From positions 2,085,336 to 2,149,335 of the forward strand of contig CAVVHH010000002.1 of the NCBI GenBank assembly GCA_963748005.1: DNA of 64,000 nt, given 5' to 3'. The notes beneath the pieces were generated by a model, which saw nothing but the letters and a program-made list of their open reading frames with translations, searched no databases and was not told the DNA's origin. The first letter of the stretch is position 1. The number at the start of each line of letters is the position of its first letter. The translations under genes and the position numbers were made by a program. Shown in pieces: positions 1 to 10,157 of the stretch. Source of the DNA: an uncultured Pseudomonadota bacterium (GTDB taxonomy: Bacteria > Pseudomonadota > Gammaproteobacteria > Steroidobacterales > Steroidobacteraceae).

Positions 1-615
1 CCGAAAAACATTACTTATACGGAAGCAGCTGGTCTGGGTATTGCGACTGTCACCGGCATTCGTGCGGTGAATGTCACCAATGTGACCAAAGGTCAGCGCG
101 TATTGATCACGGGGGTATCCGGTGGCGTCGGCAGTGCCGCGTTGCAGACGGCCAAGGTCAAGGGTGCATACGTAATTGGCACTGCATCAGCGCGCCACCA
201 CGACTACCTGCGCTCGCTGGGCATAGACGAAATCATCGACTACACCAAAGTGAAGTTTGAAGATCAGGTCAGGAATGTGGATGTGGTCATTGATACGGTT
301 GGCGAGGACACTGCCGAACGCTCATTTGTTACGCTCAAGAAGGGCGGTATGTATATCAGTGTTGCAGCGCGCAATCTTGAACCCAAATGCGCAGCGGCCG
401 GCGTGACCTGTGCACCCCGCGGTTCGGCAGCCGGAGTCGACAGAAGCATATTCGAGGAAGCCGCTTCGCTGGCCGGCGCTGGCAAACTCAATGTACATAT
501 CGACAAGACCTTTCCGCTGGCGCAGGCGGCAGAAGCTCAGATCTATGGCGAGCAGGGCCGCACGCAGGGCAAGATCAGCCTGATCGTGAACGCGGCGGAA
601 GCCGGCAGGAAGTAA
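1..615 (+). CDS. NAD(P)-dependent oxidoreductase, MDR (zinc-ADH/quinone oxidoreductase-like) family; 5' end lies outside the window
   Basis: Frame 1 is open from nt 1 to the stop at 615. It has the Rossmann motif LITGVSGGVGS. The C-terminal ~180 aa align colinearly, at roughly 80% identity by eye, with the next gene. Confidence 0.8.
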   Translation, partial: PKNITYTEAAGLGIATVTGIRAVNVTNVTKGQRVLITGVSGGVGSAALQTAKVKGAYVIGTASARHHDYLRSLGIDEIIDYTKVKFEDQVRNVDVVIDTVGEDTAERSFVTLKKGGMYISVAARNLEPKCAAAGVTCAPRGSAAGVDRSIFEEAASLAGAGKLNVHIDKTFPLAQAAEAQIYGEQGRTQGKISLIVNAAEAGRK

Positions 616-803
616 TGAACCGCAGTCAATTGATGAGTTTGGCCGGATGGCATTTTCTTGCAGGCTTTTGTCTGCATGTGCGTTTACAATTCTTATTCGA
701 ATTCGGGAGCCTTGCATGCCATAAATCAGCGCGGGCTTCCTGCTTCCAGGTCAGTCCGCTGCGCGGATAACCCGCTGTGTATCCAACAATTGAGGAATGC
801 ATC

Positions 804-1907
804 ATGAGACCGGATAAGTATGAGCTGCTGCAAGCTGTGAAATCTTCTGCATCCTCGCTGGTTCGCAAAGCCCTGCTGGCAGGCGTGGTTGGCGCGAGTG
901 TCAGCGCTGCGCTTGCCGCCACACCCAAAGAACAGCAGGCCATCGTGCAGACCGGCCTGGGCGGTCCGGAAATCCTCAAGTTGCAAACCGTACCGGTGTC
1001 TGAACCGGGCGCGAATCAGGTACTGATCAGGGTGTATGCGGCGGCCGTGAATCCTTCGGATATCAAGGCGCGTACCGGTGAGGACGGCTATGCGCCTCCA
1101 GCGGGCACCTCTCCTACCAGTGTTCCCGGCGGCGATGTAGCCGGTGTGATAGAAAAAGTCGGTCCCGGCGTGACTGGGTTCAAAGTCGGCGATTCGGTGT
1201 TTGGAGTCGTGCCGCGCGTTCCGGGTACCTTGAATGGCGCCTATTCGGAATATGCTGTGGCTCCGGTTGCAACCGTGGTTACCAAACCCAAGAACCTCAG
1301 CTACGCGGAGGCATCAGGTCTGGGTATTGCCGGCATCACCGGTGTGCGCAACGTAAATGTCACGAAGGTCTCCAAAGGTCAACGCGTGTTGATTACCGGT
1401 GCTGCCGGTGGCGTGGGCAGCACCGCCGTCCAAGCGGCCAAGGCCAAGGGCGCATATGTGATCGGCACTTCTTCCGCGCGCCACAACGATTATCTGCGCT
1501 CGCTTGGCATCGACGAGATCATCGACTACACCAAGGTCAAGTTTGAAGAGCAGGTGAAGGACGTCGACGCAGTGATCGACACCGTGGGTGAAGACGACAA
1601 CACCGCAGAACGCGCCATGACCACACTCAAGAAAGGCGGCATGTACATCAGCGTGGGCGCGCGGAATCTGGAAGCCAAGTGCGCAGCAGCGGGCATTGTG
1701 TGCGCAGGTCGTGCCAGTGCACCCGCCGTCGAGAGAAGCATCTACGAGGAAACCGGCGCGCTCGCGGCTGCCGGCAAATTGAAGGTCCATATCGACAAAA
1801 CCTTCCCGTTGGCCGAAGCGGCTCAAGCACAGGTCGCGGTTGAGCAGGGCCGTACCGAAGGCAAGATCGTGCTGATTGTGAATGCGGCGGAAGCCGGCAA
1901 GAAGTAA
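804..1907 (+). CDS. MDR-family NAD(P)-dependent oxidoreductase with an N-terminal signal-peptide/anchor-like segment; tandem paralogue of the upstream gene
   Basis: ORF 777..1907. The ATG at 804 is preceded by GAGGA (791-795). It carries GAAGGVGS and the GroES-like ADH N-domain (VLIRVYAAAVNPSD). The N-terminus SSLVRKALLAGVVGASVSAALAATP is hydrophobic. Confidence 0.8.
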   Translation: MRPDKYELLQAVKSSASSLVRKALLAGVVGASVSAALAATPKEQQAIVQTGLGGPEILKLQTVPVSEPGANQVLIRVYAAAVNPSDIKARTGEDGYAPPAGTSPTSVPGGDVAGVIEKVGPGVTGFKVGDSVFGVVPRVPGTLNGAYSEYAVAPVATVVTKPKNLSYAEASGLGIAGITGVRNVNVTKVSKGQRVLITGAAGGVGSTAVQAAKAKGAYVIGTSSARHNDYLRSLGIDEIIDYTKVKFEEQVKDVDAVIDTVGEDDNTAERAMTTLKKGGMYISVGARNLEAKCAAAGIVCAGRASAPAVERSIYEETGALAAAGKLKVHIDKTFPLAEAAQAQVAVEQGRTEGKIVLIVNAAEAGKK

Positions 1908-1965
1908 TCAGCAGGCACGTACTGTCGGAACGGGCTGGCGAGATAGCTGGCCCTGTTCCATCCGC

Positions 1966-4608
1966 TCAGGGGACACCGGAAATCTGACGCAAAGCCTGAC
2001 GCGCTTCGGGACGCGCCGGCTGTACCCGAGCCAACTCCGTCAGCAGCGCAGCTGCGTCATCCGTGTCTGTTTTTGCCAGCAGGGTTGCCATGCGAATCAG
2101 CGGGTCATAGGCAGGGCGGAAATCCGGGCTGATGCGCAACACGGACAGCAGCGGTTCACGCACCTGCGCCAACATGCTGTGCACATCCGACGTAGGTCGC
2201 ACATCTCGGCCTGATTCGATGAAGCGATCTCGCGCAGCCCAGTAAGCCGCGAGGCGACGCGGCAATATTTGGTCTGGCAGGGCGGCGATCAATTCCGTTG
2301 GTTCAATGGAAAGTTCTCGCAGCAGTGTGACCAGCCGGTCGCGTGGCAGTGAGTCGGGTGCATAGGTGACCTGTGGCGCGCGATAGGCAACGACAGGATG
2401 ATCATCAGTATTCAGGGCGGCGTTGCCCGCGAAGCGCTGCAGGGCCTTCGGTCCAGCGACGAAACTGCCCAGCAGCGCGAATTCATCTTCGATGCCGATG
2501 TTGGACAGTCTCGCCGGCAGCACCACACTGGCAAGTTGCTCGCGTAGCGCACCGACATCGAAGCGTTCGCCATCGCGACGCCCGACAAGGCCCAGCACCG
2601 GCGTCTCAAGGCTGTTGCTTGCCAACATGGCCCAGCCACCCGGATAGACCGACACAAACGACTGCACGATGCTGCGTAGCGTTTCCAGATCGAGCTGATG
2701 CAGCGGCAGCCACTGACAGAAAATGCCATGTGAGTCGAGTCGTTCGTGCACTGCCGAGAAATGCTCTGCCGTATACAGCGAACCCGCGCCGCTGCGCGCA
2801 GGATGAAAGTTATCCGACACAATCACGTCGTATCGCTGGTTACTGGCGCGCACATAGCGACGCGCATCGGCGGCCAGCAAATGCAGGTGTGGGTTGATGG
2901 CATCGTTTGAGAGTGGGCGGGTGAAGTGAACAGAGGCGTTGATCACCTCTGGCAGCAGTTCTACCGCATCCACCTGCAATCCCGGGAATTCTGCCGCCGC
3001 AGAAGCGGTAATGCCGGTGCCCAGGCCGAGGAACAATGCACGCCTGGGGTCGGGATGCAGCAATATGGGCAGTAACGCCTGCCGTGCGTCGACCCGGAGT
3101 GTTGAGCTGCTGCCTTCCTGTTGCCGGTTATCGATGCGTAACACGGCAACGCCATGCGCATCTTCAACCACGCTGACGGCAGCCATGATGCCTTCCTGGT
3201 AGCTGACCATATGTCCGCCCTCAGGAATATCAATGAAAGCCAGCGGCGGCGCCCAGAGCAACATGGCAATCACCGCGCTCGCGGGTATCCACAAGAGGGA
3301 AGTGAACCATGCTCGCCATGTGATGAGCCCCAGATAGCCGATACAAACCAGCAATAGTGCGAGCTTTGGTCCGAGCACCGGAAATGCCAGTACACCGAAT
3401 ATCAACGGCGCGGCTGCAGCACCCAGTGTGTTTACACCGAGGGCCTGTCCGAAACTGATGCCGGATGCACTGGCCCGCTTGCTCAGATGACTGAACAACG
3501 CGCCCATTACCATGGTGGGTGGACCGAACGCGACCAGTGCGAGCAGGGCTTCAGCGGCGATCGCGGAACTCATGCTGGCGCCGAATATGTGCAGCGCTGC
3601 GGCTTTCAGTTGTTCCGCAAACCATAGGCTTGCTGTGCTCACGATGCAGGTGGATGCCATCGCGCAGAGCAATGGGTTATCAGGCGTTCTTGCATCGTCA
3701 AGTTTTGCAGACCATCGTTCATAAGCGGCGGCACCTGCTGCACTGCCCACCAGGTACACGGCGAGCAGCATGGCGAAGGTATAGACCGTGTCTTCCGCAA
3801 CCTGACTGAGTACCCGCACCACCAGCACTTCATAACCAATCCCCAGCAGTCCCGTCAGCGCCAGACGCACGGCTACGCCTCTTGCGTGGGGCGCAGTGCG
3901 TGCCACGGGCCTGGATATTGACACGGACGTCTTTGCGAACAGTCTCAGCGCCACCGTACCGCACACTGTATTCAGCACGACACAGACGATTGCAGTCCTC
4001 AGCAATCCGAGCGTGGGTATCAGGCAGAATGCGATAGTGAGTACGCCGATCACCGCACCAAAGGTGTTGCTGGCATACAGTGGCGCAATGGAGCGCGCCT
4101 CAGTCCGCAGTTGCGCGGTAATCCGCTCCATGGCCGGCAATGTTGCTCCCATCGCTGCAGTCGCGGGCAGCAGCAGCAAAAAAGTCCCGAAGAAGGCCAC
4201 CGTCCACTGCCACAATGGCGCTGGTTGTGCGCCGGTGAGACCAAGCAGCCATGTGCTGAAGGGCGACATCATCATGGCGAGCAACAAACTCCAGGCTGCG
4301 ATGATCATTTCGCATCCTGCATACCAGCGTACCGGCCCGGCGCTTTTCTCGATATGCGGACCCAGCGCCAGCGCTCCCGCTGCCATGCCACCGAAGAACG
4401 CCGTTACCACCGCCAGCACGCTGGCGGATTCGTGGCCCAGCCACAGAGCGCATTGCTGGGTCCATACGATCTGATAGCCCAGCCCGGAAAACCCGGAAGC
4501 CGCCATCAACAATAGCGATGCTCGCCAGTGCCAGGGTTTGCATTTGTCTGCAGGCACGGTCGGCAAGGCGATCAAACTCAACCGCCGAATTTGATGACGT
4601 AGCCCCAC
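1966..4608 (-). CDS. Fused polytopic membrane domain / spermidine-synthase-like class-I methyltransferase fold / helical (TPR-like) C-terminal protein
   Basis: 880-aa ORF. The first ~480 aa are almost entirely hydrophobic helices. The central region has FLGLGTGITASAAAE...VDAVELLPEV...YDVIVSDNFHP (GxGxG plus acidic-loop pattern of spermidine synthase-like enzymes). The start is uncertain; Met35 at 4506 is an alternative. Confidence 0.7.
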   Translation of the reverse strand: MGLRHQIRRLSLIALPTVPADKCKPWHWRASLLLMAASGFSGLGYQIVWTQQCALWLGHESASVLAVVTAFFGGMAAGALALGPHIEKSAGPVRWYAGCEMIIAAWSLLLAMMMSPFSTWLLGLTGAQPAPLWQWTVAFFGTFLLLLPATAAMGATLPAMERITAQLRTEARSIAPLYASNTFGAVIGVLTIAFCLIPTLGLLRTAIVCVVLNTVCGTVALRLFAKTSVSISRPVARTAPHARGVAVRLALTGLLGIGYEVLVVRVLSQVAEDTVYTFAMLLAVYLVGSAAGAAAYERWSAKLDDARTPDNPLLCAMASTCIVSTASLWFAEQLKAAALHIFGASMSSAIAAEALLALVAFGPPTMVMGALFSHLSKRASASGISFGQALGVNTLGAAAAPLIFGVLAFPVLGPKLALLLVCIGYLGLITWRAWFTSLLWIPASAVIAMLLWAPPLAFIDIPEGGHMVSYQEGIMAAVSVVEDAHGVAVLRIDNRQQEGSSSTLRVDARQALLPILLHPDPRRALFLGLGTGITASAAAEFPGLQVDAVELLPEVINASVHFTRPLSNDAINPHLHLLAADARRYVRASNQRYDVIVSDNFHPARSGAGSLYTAEHFSAVHERLDSHGIFCQWLPLHQLDLETLRSIVQSFVSVYPGGWAMLASNSLETPVLGLVGRRDGERFDVGALREQLASVVLPARLSNIGIEDEFALLGSFVAGPKALQRFAGNAALNTDDHPVVAYRAPQVTYAPDSLPRDRLVTLLRELSIEPTELIAALPDQILPRRLAAYWAARDRFIESGRDVRPTSDVHSMLAQVREPLLSVLRISPDFRPAYDPLIRMATLLAKTDTDDAAALLTELARVQPARPEARQALRQISGVP

Positions 4609-5201
4609 GAGTCAAGCCGCAAGGGAATGGCGTTGAATGCCAACGTGATGCGCCGCTCGCCTTGATTGGGTGGTACCGCATGCATGAGATAACTGGGGAA
4701 CAACACCATGTCGCCGGGCTGCGGTGCAGGGCTGATCCACTTGTCGGCGCTGTATGGGCCCGGTGTCATGCCTTTGTGATCGTTCCTGAACAGGAAGTCG
4801 GTGCCGCCCGGCGATTTCATGAATACCGTCTGCGATCCCGGATGCGTAGGTGTCAGGTACACGACGCCCGAAATAAAACTGTTGGCGTGGTTGTGCATGG
4901 CCTGATGACCACCGGTATCCAGCACATTGACCCACATCTCCTTCAGCGACCAGCCCATGCGCTCACCGAACAGCTGGGCGCCAAAGTCGACCAGCTTGGG
5001 CGTGATGAGCGCTGCGGCATCGACGAACAGCGGACTGTCGTCCGGCCGAAGCATCTCGGTGTGCGAGAGGTTGGCGGAAGAATTGTTATCGCGGGTCGCC
5101 AATGCGGAGAAGTGCGCGATCAGGCCACTTACCAGTTCGCGGCCGAGCACTGCCGGAGCGCGCAGGAAGGGTATAGGAAAGAGACTGATCATTTCGTCCA
5201 T
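4578..5201 (-). CDS. TIGR02466-like putative 2OG-Fe(II) oxygenase superfamily protein
   Basis: 207-aa ORF with WVNVLDTGGHQAMHNHANSFISGVVYL...GDMVLFPSYLMHAVPPN (HxH/D...H double-stranded beta-helix pattern). Its 3' end overlaps the longest-ORF start of the downstream gene by 31 nt. Confidence 0.6.
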   Translation of the reverse strand: MDEMISLFPIPFLRAPAVLGRELVSGLIAHFSALATRDNNSSANLSHTEMLRPDDSPLFVDAAALITPKLVDFGAQLFGERMGWSLKEMWVNVLDTGGHQAMHNHANSFISGVVYLTPTHPGSQTVFMKSPGGTDFLFRNDHKGMTPGPYSADKWISPAPQPGDMVLFPSYLMHAVPPNQGERRITLAFNAIPLRLDSWGYVIKFGG

Positions 5202-5382
5202 AACACGTCATTGTCGCTGGCGTGTGTGACAGTTTCGAGAAGGAACAATCGGCAGCGTGGTGGGTTTCATGCGCGGCACTTGTTTGCCAGGCGGCCGGGA
5301 TCAGGTTGGTACATGTACTGCCAAATGCAGCAATTGCCAGGTCATCCGGCCTTCACATTGACATGCCAGTGTGTGACGGAAA

Positions 5383-7506
5383 TTGAAGCCGCCTTTCGTT
5401 GTGTGTGGTCTGAGGTTCAAGGTGATTGCAACTGAGTGGCGATTGATAAACACCCCGGCCTGGTTCGTCTGCACTGTAATGCTGCCAGCCATGATGCCGA
5501 TTCTCGCGGGAGCTGCCGGCATTTCCGGTCGATCGCTGGAGGAGGTGGTCGTGCTGGCGAGTCGTGTCACCGACCTGGTTGGCCAGGCGGGTGCGGCCAG
5601 TGAAGGTACGGTGACTGCCGCACAAATCGAAAACCGCCCGATGCTGCGTACGGGTGAAGTGCTGGAAGTGGTGCCGGGACTGATCGTGACTCAGCACAGT
5701 GGCGACGGCAAGGCCAATCAGTATTTCCTGCGCGGGTTCAATCTGGATCACGGCACCGATTTTGCGTCGCGTGTCGAGGGCATGCCGGTCAATATGCCGA
5801 CACATGCGCATGGTCAGGGATACAGCGACATCAATTTCATGATTCCGGAACTTGTAGAGCGCGTTGAATACAAAAAGGGAACTTACTACGCCGACGAAGG
5901 AAACTTTTCGGCGGCAGGATCTGCAGATATCAGCTACAAGCGCTTACTACCGGAAACGCTTATCTCTGCCACCTTTGGAGAATACAACTATCAGCGCGGC
6001 GTACTGGCGACTTCATTGCAGGCAGGCAACGGGGATCTGCTCATTGGCATTGATGCAACATACAACGATGGACCGTGGGACCTTGAAGAAAACCTGCGCA
6101 AGGCGAATGGCGTCATCAAGTACACCTATGGCGATGCAAGCTCCGGTTTCAGTGTTGAGGGCATGGCTTACAACGGCAAGTGGCAATCGACTGACCAGAT
6201 TTCGCAGCGCGCGGTGGAAAATGGCGAGATTACCCGCTTCGGTTTCATCGACGCCACGGATGGCGGCAAGACACATCGCTACAGTCTTTCGGGAAACTGG
6301 TGGAGCGACATCGGGCCGGGACACCTGAAGGCATTGGTATATGGCATCGACTACCAGCTGGATCTTTTCTCCAACTTCACTTACTCGCTTGACGCGGAGC
6401 ACGGGGATCAGTTCGAGCAGTACGACAAGCGGCAGGTATTTGGCGGAGATATGCGTTACACATTGCCGCTTGAGCTGTTTGATGCGCCGGGAAATTTCAA
6501 TGCAGGAGTACAGATCAGATATGACGATATTGCACCGGTGGGACTGTATCTGACCCAGGCTCGTGAGCGATACGCCACGGTGCGTCAGGACAATGTCGGG
6601 CAGACCAGTTACTCCGCTTTTCTCAGTCAGGAGAGCAGATGGACGGACTGGTTTCGCAGTGCAGTGGGAGTGCGGGCCGACGCATTTGATTTCAGCGTCG
6701 ACAGCAGCCTGGCTGCGAATTCGGGCACGGCCCATGACAGTATTGCGAGTCCGAAGCTGGCACTAGCCTTTGGTCCGTGGCAACAGACCGAAATCTTCCT
6801 GGACTGGGGGCAGGGCTTTCACAGCAACGACGCACGCGGCGCCACCATCACGGTCGATCCGGTCGATGGTGTAACACCGGTCGACAAGGTAACGCCGCTG
6901 GTGCGTGCGACAGGTGAAGAGGTGGGCATGCGCACGGCAATCATTCCACGCGTCCAGCTTGCCGCATCGCTATGGAGACTTGATCTGGATTCGGAGCTGC
7001 TGTTCGTCGGCGATGGTGGAGCAACCGAGCCCAGCCGCGCCAGCCGACGCTACGGTGCGGAGCTGGCAGCCTATTACACGCCGATCAACAACCTGATCAT
7101 TGATGCCGACCTGGCCTGGTCGCACTCGCGTTTCACCGATGACGACCCTGTCGGTAATCGCATTCCGAATGCCGTCGAAGGCGTGATGTCCCTTGGCCTC
7201 ACTTACAACAGTTCGATGGGCTGGTTCGGTGGCGCACGCCTGCGCTACCTGGGACCTGCGCCGTTGATTGAGGACAACTCTGTGCGGTCTGACTCCACCA
7301 CGCTGGTCAACGTCGATCTGGGTTACCACCTCACACCTGAAATCAAGGCGTCGTTGACACTGCTGAATGCTTTTGATGCGCAGGCCAATGACATCACCTA
7401 CTACTATGAATCGCAACTGGCTGGCGAAGCGGAACCGGTTAATGACATTCACTTCCATCCGGTGGAGCCACGCCAGATTCGGGCAACGCTGGCGGCGCGG
7501 TTCTGA
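5383..7506 (+). CDS. TonB-dependent outer-membrane receptor
   Basis: 707-aa ORF. Plug region: EEVVVLASR, TGEVLEVVPGLIVTQHSGDGKANQYFLRGFNLDHGTDF. The C-terminal barrel strand ends in a terminal Phe (ATLAARF). The start is uncertain (TTG 5383, GTG 5422 or ATG 5479). Confidence 0.85.
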   Translation: MKPPFVVCGLRFKVIATEWRLINTPAWFVCTVMLPAMMPILAGAAGISGRSLEEVVVLASRVTDLVGQAGAASEGTVTAAQIENRPMLRTGEVLEVVPGLIVTQHSGDGKANQYFLRGFNLDHGTDFASRVEGMPVNMPTHAHGQGYSDINFMIPELVERVEYKKGTYYADEGNFSAAGSADISYKRLLPETLISATFGEYNYQRGVLATSLQAGNGDLLIGIDATYNDGPWDLEENLRKANGVIKYTYGDASSGFSVEGMAYNGKWQSTDQISQRAVENGEITRFGFIDATDGGKTHRYSLSGNWWSDIGPGHLKALVYGIDYQLDLFSNFTYSLDAEHGDQFEQYDKRQVFGGDMRYTLPLELFDAPGNFNAGVQIRYDDIAPVGLYLTQARERYATVRQDNVGQTSYSAFLSQESRWTDWFRSAVGVRADAFDFSVDSSLAANSGTAHDSIASPKLALAFGPWQQTEIFLDWGQGFHSNDARGATITVDPVDGVTPVDKVTPLVRATGEEVGMRTAIIPRVQLAASLWRLDLDSELLFVGDGGATEPSRASRRYGAELAAYYTPINNLIIDADLAWSHSRFTDDDPVGNRIPNAVEGVMSLGLTYNSSMGWFGGARLRYLGPAPLIEDNSVRSDSTTLVNVDLGYHLTPEIKASLTLLNAFDAQANDITYYYESQLAGEAEPVNDIHFHPVEPRQIRATLAARF

Positions 7507-7746
7507 ACAACCGTCACCACTCAGAAAATTCCCAGGGACAAGGGATCTGGTGTGCAGGTGTATTGGGTCCGTCGACAAAAGGCCAACATTGACTGCCACG
7601 TTTCAAGGAAATCACGATTCGTCGCGTCACTATCATCAAAGCTTCACATGGCTGTCACGATCCGCGGATGAAAATCTCCACGAGCAGCGCCCATGAAGCG
7701 GCGCGCCTAAGCGACGAAAGATTTTCCAGACCTGGGAGCGACCGCG

Positions 7747-10101
7747 ATGAATCTGAATCCAAAATCCCGCCAGAACAATCTGATAGCCCTTGCAGTGGCA
7801 ACAGCCGTCAGCGCCATGGTAGCCGCGCCAACGGTCGCGACGGCAGACGGCAGGAAGCCAGACAAGACATCCGGCAAGTATGTTGCCGGCGATTTTCACA
7901 ATCACACTACCTGTTCGGATGGATCGATCTCGATGCAGAAGCTGGTGCGTAAATCCACCGGTAGCGCCGCTACAAGCGAATCCGATGGTTTTGGTCTCGA
8001 CTGGTTTGTACAGGCTGGCCATGGTGGCAGCGGCAACCGCAACTGCACCCTGACAGAAGATGCCACGCTCGATACGCCCGTCTATCCCTACACCGGCCAG
8101 GCGCCCACCACCACCTGGCAGAACACTGCGGGCCCAAGCGGTCCAGTGCAACCCAAGGGCTTGACGTCGGGGTCATCGCCCAACCAGAACATGTGGCGTT
8201 GGCAGTCCATTCAGGAGTTCCAGTATCCGTTGATTGAATACCTGAATGCCTACAAGGACCGGCCGCTGTTCTTGGGTGTTGAATCGGTGGTCGCCGGTCA
8301 CGAGCATTCCTCCATGTCGGTTATTACCGGCCAGATTCCTGCTGCTCTGGACGCGGATACGCTGCCTGTTGCCCCAGTGTCAACAGCCGGTGTCAGTCGT
8401 TACACGGCGATCGGCAACGCCACCGCGCTTGCGCAATGGGAATATTGTTTTGATCGCGGTGATACGGATACCAGCCGCGGCAATACCGTTGTGGGCGGGT
8501 CCGTCGGCAACAACTGGAATTGCTCGGTTCCCGGCAGCCTGAACGCCGCCGACGTGAGCTGGAATGCCACTGCACAAAAGCTGATGCCCGCGGGCGGTGC
8601 AGGTACTGGCATCAAGGGTCATAACAAGACCGTCGAGGCCTTGAAATGGATGGTGGCCTATGCCGCGAGCGAAAGTTACTACGTGCCGGCACACCTTGAG
8701 CGAGCCGGACCTTTCAATCCAGATGGCAACAACGGCTTCAATATTGAGCACCTGCGCGACTTCAACAATGCAGCGCCAGATGTAGCCTTTGGTTTTGAAA
8801 CACAGCCGGGTCACGGTGCATCATCCGACCGCGGTGAATATGCAGTGAAGCGCAACAACATCGCTGGCGTTCAAACGGACTCGGTAGGCGGCACAACCTA
8901 CGGCGGTACAGGTGTCTATGGTGGGCAGGTCGGTGGCGTATGGGATGCGTTGCTGGGCGAAGGTCGCAACTGGTGGTTCTTTGCCAGTTCCGACTGGCAC
9001 AACCGCGGCAGCTTCGGACCGGACGATCGTCGCACGACCCAGGACTTTTTCCCTGGCGAGTACCAGCGCAACTACACGATGGTGCGTGCGGATGATCACC
9101 GGGGTCGCTGGGACGATCGGGATGAACACTCGGACAAGCATGGCCACGATGCAGACAACAAGCTCACCCCGCAGATGATTGTTGATGGTCTGCGCAGCGG
9201 CAATAACTTCGCTGCCAGCGGCCAGTTGATCGACCGTCTGGCGTTCGTTGCCTGCATCGGCAATGGCTCGCCGCATGGCCGCAGCGAGGCAGCGGTGGCA
9301 GCGCTGGCGGCAGAAGCCGCAGCCGACAATACCGACATCGACTTCAAGGGCTGCGCCACGATGGGCGAGAAGCTGGTGGTGCCGCAGGGTGGCGACGTCG
9401 TCGTCGCGATCGTGGTGCGTGACCCGGAAGGCGCCAACAACTCGCCATACACTTTCGCCAATCCCTCGCTGCTGCAAGTGGGCATCACGCAACCACTGAA
9501 CATGCCGGTGCTTGATCACATCGATGTGATCCGTGGTCTGGTGAGCGGCTACAAGACCCCGGGATCAGCGGACTACTCGGGCGAGTGGCCGCGCAACACC
9601 AACTGGTTGCACACGGATGGCACGACCGCGGATTTGTCGGTAGTGCCCGCCGCCGCCAAGAACACCACCGCTGCGGTGATCAAAGTGTTCAACGACAACA
9701 ACTGGAAAACCCGCCACGGCGATTTCGTGACGATGAGCTTCCGTATCCCGGCAGTCTCGGCTTCCCAGTATGTGCGGCTACGCGGCACCAATCTGCCGCC
9801 CGCGGTGCCGTATGAAACCGATGCCAACGGCAACCCGCTGGCGGACGTCTATACCAATGCCAGCAACAGGAACATGCTGAGCATTCCGTGCACCACACCA
9901 CACAGCGCCAGCAGCCAGTTCGACGGCTGTCCCGATCACCTGGCGACCGCTACGACGACTGCCACCAGCCCATACCTCAGCCCGATTGTGGGACAGAAGG
10001 CCGTGTCGTACGACGTGGCGGCATGGGCTGACCTGTGGTTCTACAGCAACCCGATCTATGTAGAGGTGGCAGGCGCGACCCAGATTGCTGGCGTCAAGTA
10101 A
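7747..10101 (+). CDS. Large secreted protein with an N-terminal PHP-like (polymerase/histidinol-phosphatase) metal-binding motif; function unknown
   Basis: 784-aa ORF with a signal peptide (LIALAVATAVSAMVAAPTVATA). GDFHNHTTCSDGS matches PHP motif I (hHxHTxxSDG), and a later VVAGHEHSS is present. Followed by a terminator. Confidence 0.55.
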   Translation: MNLNPKSRQNNLIALAVATAVSAMVAAPTVATADGRKPDKTSGKYVAGDFHNHTTCSDGSISMQKLVRKSTGSAATSESDGFGLDWFVQAGHGGSGNRNCTLTEDATLDTPVYPYTGQAPTTTWQNTAGPSGPVQPKGLTSGSSPNQNMWRWQSIQEFQYPLIEYLNAYKDRPLFLGVESVVAGHEHSSMSVITGQIPAALDADTLPVAPVSTAGVSRYTAIGNATALAQWEYCFDRGDTDTSRGNTVVGGSVGNNWNCSVPGSLNAADVSWNATAQKLMPAGGAGTGIKGHNKTVEALKWMVAYAASESYYVPAHLERAGPFNPDGNNGFNIEHLRDFNNAAPDVAFGFETQPGHGASSDRGEYAVKRNNIAGVQTDSVGGTTYGGTGVYGGQVGGVWDALLGEGRNWWFFASSDWHNRGSFGPDDRRTTQDFFPGEYQRNYTMVRADDHRGRWDDRDEHSDKHGHDADNKLTPQMIVDGLRSGNNFAASGQLIDRLAFVACIGNGSPHGRSEAAVAALAAEAAADNTDIDFKGCATMGEKLVVPQGGDVVVAIVVRDPEGANNSPYTFANPSLLQVGITQPLNMPVLDHIDVIRGLVSGYKTPGSADYSGEWPRNTNWLHTDGTTADLSVVPAAAKNTTAAVIKVFNDNNWKTRHGDFVTMSFRIPAVSASQYVRLRGTNLPPAVPYETDANGNPLADVYTNASNRNMLSIPCTTPHSASSQFDGCPDHLATATTTATSPYLSPIVGQKAVSYDVAAWADLWFYSNPIYVEVAGATQIAGVK

Positions 10102-10125
10102 GCACAGCAGCTGATCGAAACCCTG

Positions 10126-10157
10126 AGCGCCGCACGGTAACGGGCGGCGCTTTTTTT
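10126..10157 (+). terminator. Rho-independent terminator
   Basis: AGCGCCGC (10126-10133) pairs with GCGGCGCT (10144-10151), followed by a T7 run; 25 nt after the stop at 10101. Confidence 0.75.

Noticed and set aside
5202-5382. Looked for a Fur box or other iron-regulatory palindrome upstream of the first TonB-dependent receptor
   Set aside because: I found no sequence resembling GATAATGATAATCATTATC or another clear palindrome.
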